The position numbers and the translations under genes are program-made. The notes below the pieces were generated by a model, which was given only the letters and a program-made list of their open reading frames with translations, had not been told where the DNA came from and made no database searches. From a virus: a stretch of 35,858 nt of DNA. Every line of letters starts with the position of its first letter. The first letter of the stretch is position 1. Location: the IMG/VR virus record IMGVR_UViG_3300005893_000001, positions 1 to 35,858 of that record, one strand, 5' to 3'. Of the stretch, positions 31,659-35,858 are shown piece by piece.

Positions 31659-32291
31659 ATGAAAATGAATAACTTAAAGAAATACAAAATCACCATTGAA
31701 GGCGTAACGCCTATAATCATGCACAACTCTGATGCTGCTTCCCCCTTCTCAAAATACATGGAAGAGAGGAAGTCAATCACATCGAAGGGGTCAAAGAAAA
31801 GCGATGAGCAGGTAAAGCGCCTGAGCGAGATCCAGTTTCTAGAGAGCCTCTATTTCACCGAAGAGCTTGGGCTTTTTTTACCTAGCGAAAACATCCAGCG
31901 CATGCTTTTAGAAGCTTGCAGGCGCACAGAAAAGCTTCGAGAAAGCCGTATGTATTTCTCTGGAATCTCTGAAATTGGCCATCCACTTGGCTTCTCCTTG
32001 AAGACAGAAAATTGCAAAGATATTCAGGCGCTTTTGAAAGATCCAAAGAATAAGTATACAAAAATGGTCGTCATTCAAAAAAACCGTGTCTCATCAGTAA
32101 GAGCAATTTTCAATATGTGGGAATGCATGATTGAAGTTGAGATCGACACTGAAACTTTAAACCCGGCACAACTTGAAAAATGGTTTTGCACAGCGGGAAA
32201 GTTTTGCGGTCTAGGAGCAAGAAGGCCAAGCGGGCCAACTCCCGGACTTTATGGCCGTTTTATAGTAACAAATTTTAAAGAGGTGAACTAA
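31659..32291 (+). CDS. Unknown 210-aa protein, first gene of the cassette
   Basis: SD AAGGAAG; the start is the ATG at 31659 or 31665. KYKITIEGVTPIIMHNSD ... LFLPSENIQRMLLEACRR ... GKFCGLGARRPSGPTPGLYGRFIV. No family recognised with confidence. Confidence 0.6.
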   Translation: MKMNNLKKYKITIEGVTPIIMHNSDAASPFSKYMEERKSITSKGSKKSDEQVKRLSEIQFLESLYFTEELGLFLPSENIQRMLLEACRRTEKLRESRMYFSGISEIGHPLGFSLKTENCKDIQALLKDPKNKYTKMVVIQKNRVSSVRAIFNMWECMIEVEIDTETLNPAQLEKWFCTAGKFCGLGARRPSGPTPGLYGRFIVTNFKEVN

Positions 32292-32770
32292 TGATTATGC
32301 TTGAAGATTTCGAAGAAATTTCTATTGAGCCTCGTCCAGATAACGATGAGCTATCCAAGAGGCAAACTCTTTTGGCAAGGATGAAAGAAGCACGATGCCT
32401 TGATTATGGCATTACTTTAGAAGAATCTTTGCTCGAAGACCTGCTCGACATGAAAAAATCGGAAGTTAGCGAAACAGAGTGGAACTTAGCTTTGCTTCAG
32501 ATTTACGGTGCTCTTCTGAATGCGGGATTTTTCTCCACGAGAAGGGGAAAAAAAGGAGCACTTTATATTCATGAAGTTGAGGAAATGCCCCATGTTTCTT
32601 CCGAGAAAAACAGAAGCTCTTTGCAGAAGCTTAAACTTCGGCAGCGCGCACTTTTCAGAGCGCCTTACGATACAAATGAAGAGCTGCAAAAGATTTTCGA
32701 ATTTGAAACGAACAGGAATGCTAAAATCATGTTGCATGATTCTGTACTGTTGAAGGAGCGTTTGAGGTAA
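32291..32770 (+). CDS. Unknown 159-aa helical protein
   Basis: TAATG coupling and SD GAGGTG. No motif recognised. Confidence 0.6.
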   Translation: MIMLEDFEEISIEPRPDNDELSKRQTLLARMKEARCLDYGITLEESLLEDLLDMKKSEVSETEWNLALLQIYGALLNAGFFSTRRGKKGALYIHEVEEMPHVSSEKNRSSLQKLKLRQRALFRAPYDTNEELQKIFEFETNRNAKIMLHDSVLLKERLR

Positions 32771-32985
32771 TGGACTGGTATCAAATTGCTGCTCTATGCA
32801 TTTCTGGATTAGGATCAATTGTAGCTGTCCTTATTTGGTCTTGGTCAGAGAACAGAAATGTCGAAAGACATAGACAAACAGAATTGATGGCTATATTGGG
32901 AATCGTTGACTCGATTCGCCAAGATGTAAAAGATTTTCATGGACGCTTATGCTCACTAGAAGAGCGTCGTAAAGGAGAAAAATAA
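32770..32985 (+). CDS. Single-pass membrane protein (71 aa), paralogue 1
   Basis: MDWYQIAALCISGLGSIVAVLIWSW... then DSIRQDVKDFHGRLCSLEERRK. Confidence 0.6.
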   Translation: MDWYQIAALCISGLGSIVAVLIWSWSENRNVERHRQTELMAILGIVDSIRQDVKDFHGRLCSLEERRKGEK

Positions 32986-33164
32986 TGGACTGGATACAAG
33001 TACTCACAATCATAATCTCAAACTTCGTACTTTTTCTTTGGGCACGATCTGAATCTAGGGAAGATACTAGAATGATACTAGGAATGGTTGATGCCATTCA
33101 AAAAGAAATTAAAGACTTCCATGGCAGGCTATGTGCTATTGAAGAAAGGAATAAAAAATCATAG
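32985..33164 (+). CDS. Single-pass membrane protein (59 aa), paralogue 2
   Basis: Not in the track. TAATG overlap. MDWIQVLTIIISNFVLFLWARSESREDTRMILGMVDAIQKEIKDFHGRLCAIEERNKKS, clearly homologous to the previous gene. Confidence 0.55.
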   Translation: MDWIQVLTIIISNFVLFLWARSESREDTRMILGMVDAIQKEIKDFHGRLCAIEERNKKS

Positions 33165-33300
33165 CATAGCAGTGCGATGCGAAGCGTTGCGATGCTTAGC
33201 GATGCAGTGCGTACCTGAGCAGAGCTGAGCAAATCTTGCCAAATCTTAGGAGCCGGAAAATAGTGGCCGGACGCCCCTCTTCGGAGGGGCATAATTTTTT
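33165..33300 (+). repeat. R2: second copy of the repeat-rich element with its terminator (3'UTR of the cassette)
   Basis: GCGATGC at 33174, 33189 and 33199. TGCGTACCTGAGCAGAGCT (33208-33226) matches R1's TGCGCACCTTAGCATAGCT at 16 of 19 positions. CAAATCTT occurs twice (33230, 33240). GGAGCCGGAAAATAGTGGCCGGAC is present. Terminator is GCCCCTC-TTCG-GAGGGGC plus T6 (33273-33300). Confidence 0.55.
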
Positions 33301-33409
33301 ACTTAAACATCTTTTTCAGCATCTGAAAATAAGCGCCGAGAGCTAAGAAAATAACTATTGCTAAAGAAAGAGTAGGCCCAATCCAGTACACTAAAAAATC
33401 TTCAATCAT
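33299..33409 (-). CDS. Micro membrane protein (36 aa)
   Basis: SD AGGAGA. MIEDFLVYWIGPTLSLAIVIFLALGAYFQMLKKMFK. Confidence 0.4.
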   Translation of the reverse strand: MIEDFLVYWIGPTLSLAIVIFLALGAYFQMLKKMFK

Positions 33410-33569
33410 CCTTTTCTCCTTTCTTAGCATTCGAAATGAAATAGTCGCACTTCCATTCTTTAGGAGCGAACGATGCGTAGCTTTGCGAATACTCGTCTGC
33501 CTTAGCCGTCCAACGATAGCAGTTCTCTTTGAGAGGACATTGTGTGTTAATACACTTGGTGATATCCAA
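33402..33569 (-). CDS. Small Cys-rich protein (55 aa, TTG start)
   Basis: GGAG 6 nt upstream of the TTG. DITKCINTQCPLKENCYRWTAKADEYSQSYASFAPKEWKCDYF follows a C..C...C.R...C pattern seen in small phage proteins. Confidence 0.4.
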   Translation of the reverse strand: MDITKCINTQCPLKENCYRWTAKADEYSQSYASFAPKEWKCDYFISNAKKGEKDD

Positions 33570-33572
33570 ATC

Positions 33573-33671
33573 TCACTCCATCGTTTTTGCGAGTTGAGAA
33601 AAATATATGTAAGCTAAAGCAATGACGAACAGTCCCCATAAAAGCTCAGTACCTATGAATTCTTGAATCAT
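33573..33671 (-). CDS. Micro membrane protein (32 aa)
   Basis: MIQEFIGTELLWGLFVIALAYIYFSQLAKTME. Weak SD. Confidence 0.3.
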   Translation of the reverse strand: MIQEFIGTELLWGLFVIALAYIYFSQLAKTME

Positions 33672-33684
33672 CTCCAAATCCTAT

Positions 33685-33927
33685 TCAAATTTCACCTTGC
33701 ATGATTCGGTATAAGTATTTATTAGCTTCCTTTTCACTTTCAAAACCGTCTTCAATTACAATGCGTCCATATTCTTCTAATAAACCGAAGTGACATACAA
33801 TCTCATATCGTAAATTTCTATCCTGAGTGTCTTCAATCATTGCACTAACAGCAATGATTTCAACAATACTCATGGAATACCAATCACCATTAACATCTTT
33901 GATAAATCCGTTTCTAATCATTTCCAA
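33685..33927 (-). CDS. Hypothetical early protein (80 aa)
   Basis: ORF in the tightly packed leftward operon. Confidence 0.55.
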   Translation of the reverse strand: MEMIRNGFIKDVNGDWYSMSIVEIIAVSAMIEDTQDRNLRYEIVCHFGLLEEYGRIVIEDGFESEKEANKYLYRIMQGEI

Positions 33928-34142
33928 ATCCTATCCAAATCGACTTCCTCTCGAATCAACCTTCGGATCTCCTCGCAGAACGCCGCGTGCTTATCATCAG
34001 GCTCTTCATACTTCAGCTTGCTTCTGCAAAGCTGATCGATCTCAAAGAGCAGCCCTGCCATATCGCGCGCGTGAAGCGCCAGTAGCGCATCTTGCTCGTC
34101 AAAATAGCGGAATGCAAACTCGGGGTGGCGCTCTTCAGTCAT
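33918..34142 (-). CDS. Hypothetical early protein (74 aa)
   Basis: ORF in the leftward operon. Overlapping start/stop with its neighbours. Confidence 0.55.
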   Translation of the reverse strand: MTEERHPEFAFRYFDEQDALLALHARDMAGLLFEIDQLCRSKLKYEEPDDKHAAFCEEIRRLIREEVDLDRIWK

Positions 34143-34410
34143 TTTTCTTCTCCGGGAATGCTGGAAATCTCATCCAGTAAATAATCTCTTCTTCGACTAA
34201 TCCACAGCAGTAACGGCAAAACCAAAAGCCTTTAGGTTTTTTGGTGTAAAAAGCTTCGCCATTCTCCTTAAGGAATTTCGACTCGTTAGAATATCGAGCG
34301 ACACTTATCTCTTGATCTTTGTTTATAACGATAACCCACTCGAAGTTTTCGGGTAGCGCCTCTGAGGCTTTCACCCATTCTCCGAAATTAGTCATCTTCT
34401 CGTGCCTCAA
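34135..34410 (-). CDS. DUF551-like protein
   Basis: EWVKASEALPENFEWVIVINK...IIYWMRFPAFP. The likely start is the ATG at 34395. Confidence 0.55.
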   Translation of the reverse strand: MRHEKMTNFGEWVKASEALPENFEWVIVINKDQEISVARYSNESKFLKENGEAFYTKKPKGFWFCRYCCGLVEEEIIYWMRFPAFPEKKND

Positions 34411-34618
34411 TATTCGACCAGTATTTGATATCCTCAGTCTTCAGCATCGTAAAGAATCCATAGACTCTAGCACCCTCCGGATTGAATCCCAGCTCCACAA
34501 TCCAAGGCATAGGATGGTCGGGGAAGTAGCTACAAACGAAGTGGTTGCCTACCTTGTCTTCAGCAATAACCTCTTGTGCCCATCTTGGCAGCTCTTGTTC
34601 AGGTGTTTGCCAGTGCAT
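34388..34618 (-). CDS. Small protein, weakly DUF551-like (76 aa)
   Basis: MHWQTPEQELPRWAQEVIAED...IKYWSNIE. Confidence 0.5.
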   Translation of the reverse strand: MHWQTPEQELPRWAQEVIAEDKVGNHFVCSYFPDHPMPWIVELGFNPEGARVYGFFTMLKTEDIKYWSNIEAREDD

Positions 34619-34801
34619 TTAAGTCTCCTTTTTAACTTTTACTGTTGCCCATAGATACATGAGAATCATGCCCTTGCATAGCTCTCCAGTAAGCCATATC
34701 GTCAAAATGTATGGATTGCCTGCGTAAGCGATTAGCGCTGTCTGAACAATGACAAACAGCAGGAAAGCGAAAACGCCGTAGAAATCAATGGTGATTCTCA
34801 T
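34619..34801 (-). CDS. Two-TM small membrane protein (60 aa)
   Basis: FYGVFAFLLFVIVQTALIAYAG...GMILMYLWATV. Confidence 0.5.
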   Translation of the reverse strand: MRITIDFYGVFAFLLFVIVQTALIAYAGNPYILTIWLTGELCKGMILMYLWATVKVKKET

Positions 34802-35190
34802 GACTCCTCTCCAGACTCTGCTTTCTCCCTCTCTTCCGAAGATTCAGAAGGGCTCATCTCATCAACAGGCGTAGGGTTTAAGCTTGTGCCCCTTTCCTCC
34901 GGCGATAGATCGGCAAGAGGAGAAACGCTCTTGTAGTTCGGCATCTGTGACACGTCGCGCTCTTCTAGGCCAGCATTCAATCTGGTCACATCGTTGATTT
35001 GATGGATGAAAGTTTGCCCCGAATCACGCACTCGGACGGCAGTTAGCCAATAAATTTGCATGTTAGGACTGGCACCCGGTCGAAGATCGAGCATGCGATA
35101 GCCATTTCGGCCGAAAACCTGTGTCAATATAGGCAGCTCGCTCAAATAGACTCGCGATGAAAAAATGTCGATTTCTGGTTGTGGGTACAT
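34798..35190 (-). CDS. Hypothetical early protein (130 aa), acidic tail
   Basis: GRNGYRMLDLRPGASPNMQIYWLTAVRV core is shared with the next gene. C-terminus is SPSESSEEREKAESGEES. Confidence 0.55.
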   Translation of the reverse strand: MYPQPEIDIFSSRVYLSELPILTQVFGRNGYRMLDLRPGASPNMQIYWLTAVRVRDSGQTFIHQINDVTRLNAGLEERDVSQMPNYKSVSPLADLSPEERGTSLNPTPVDEMSPSESSEEREKAESGEES

Positions 35191-35198
35191 TGTCTCCT

Positions 35199-35495
35199 CT
35201 AAGTGGTTTTGTAGTATTCGTAGCTTTTAACTGGATTGACATACGGGCCGAACGTCTCCCGCATGCGCATATTCTTCTTCTCTTCCTCTTCTAGTCGCTG
35301 CAGGAAATTCTCGATCTTTGCGGCGGTAATCCAGAACTTTTGAGGAGGATTTTCCCACGAGGCAGCCTGCACGCTGATGACGCGGTAGCCGAGCTGACCT
35401 ATCGCAACCGTCATCCTCTCTAGATCGCATTCTCCCACCAGAGCGTGATGAACGTAAACAGCAGGAGGCTTATCGTGCATCGTCGGGGCGCCCAT
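35199..35495 (-). CDS. Hypothetical early protein (98 aa), paralogous core
   Basis: GQLGYRVISVQAASWENPPQKFWITAAKI. Confidence 0.55.
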   Translation of the reverse strand: MGAPTMHDKPPAVYVHHALVGECDLERMTVAIGQLGYRVISVQAASWENPPQKFWITAAKIENFLQRLEEEEKKNMRMRETFGPYVNPVKSYEYYKTT

Positions 35496-35721
35496 ATACT
35501 CTCCTCATCGTTTTAACGTGCTTCTTCAAGGAGGTGATGAATCCCTCTATTTCCTCATCGCTGCTGTCTTGCTCCACGAGAAGATGCGCCGAATGTAAGC
35601 ATAGTGCGTTAAGAATGACGTCAATACGTCGCTCTCTGAACATCTCGCTCATCGTATCGTATAATTGTGAAAAGTCTTCTAAAATGAAGTCAGGTAGATC
35701 GCTTATATTTTTCTCGCCCAT
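35470..35721 (-). CDS. Hypothetical first early protein (83 aa), apparently leaderless
   Basis: The ATG lies 6 nt downstream of a good -10 hexamer and has no SD. Confidence 0.55.
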   Translation of the reverse strand: MGEKNISDLPDFILEDFSQLYDTMSEMFRERRIDVILNALCLHSAHLLVEQDSSDEEIEGFITSLKKHVKTMRRVYGRPDDAR

Positions 35722-35727
35722 TTCTGA

Positions 35728-35756
35728 ATGATAACGTTACGAGAAAATTTCCGCAA
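35728..35756 (-). promoter_or_regulatory. Candidate leftward early promoter
   Basis: Minus strand: TTGCGG (35751-35756), 17 nt, TATCAT (35728-35733), then TCAGAA and the ATG. Confidence 0.5.
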
Positions 35757-35782
35757 GAAAAAGGGGAAGCGTTTAGCTCCCC
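35757..35782 (-). terminator. Minus-strand intrinsic terminator just upstream of the early promoter, reaching into the terminal repeat
   Basis: Minus strand reads GGGGAGC-TAAAC-GCTTCCCC followed by TTTTTCTT. Confidence 0.45.
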
Positions 35783-35858
35783 CCAAACAAAAACAAGAGG
35801 CTCAAAAACCTTTATTTCAGAGACTCGCCCTCCATTTTCCATAGTGCAGAAAAAAAAA
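35779..35858. repeat. Direct terminal repeat, right copy (identical to 1..80)
   Basis: Read directly. Confidence 0.95.

Noticed and set aside
31659-32291. The 210-aa cassette protein as a small ParA-type partition ATPase, with R1/R2 as centromeres
   Set aside because: The size fits, but there is no Walker A (GxxxxGK[ST] or KGGxxK) motif anywhere in the protein. The centromere idea is kept only as an alternative reading of the phased repeats.

Overview
This window looks like one complete dsDNA phage genome of about 35.8 kb. Its first 80 nt are identical to its last 80 nt, which means a direct terminal repeat or circular closure. No rRNA, tRNA, CRISPR array, integrase or transposase was seen. 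Layout: the left end (1-294) is noncoding and highly structured. A winged-helix replication initiator follows, with iteron-like repeats inside its own gene. A short leftward operon ends in an XRE-type HTH. A long rightward late operon runs from 2.7 to 26.4 kb: RusA, small and large terminase, portal, scaffold, HK97-type major capsid, podovirus-like adaptor/nozzle/internal-virion genes by synteny, then eight consecutive mosaic tail-fibre/receptor-binding genes and translationally coupled microgenes. A leftward lambda-Red-like operon (small ORF, RecT/Red-beta-type annealase, YqaJ exonuclease) spans 26.7-28.4 kb. A rightward block of mini-HTH genes spans 28.5-30.8 kb. A leftward early operon of about 11 small genes spans 33.3-35.7 kb. 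The best candidate for an undescribed system is at 31.4-33.3 kb. There, four genes (210 aa, 159 aa and two paralogous single-pass membrane proteins) are bracketed by two paralogous, repeat-rich noncoding elements (R1, R2). Each element ends in a GC-rich intrinsic terminator, and R1 has its own sigma70-like promoter. Other notable points are three copies of a conserved promoter/inverted-repeat/leader module, apparently leaderless mRNAs, and no recognisable endolysin, holin, integrase or polymerase. All functional calls rest on motif recognition by eye and on synteny; no database search was possible.
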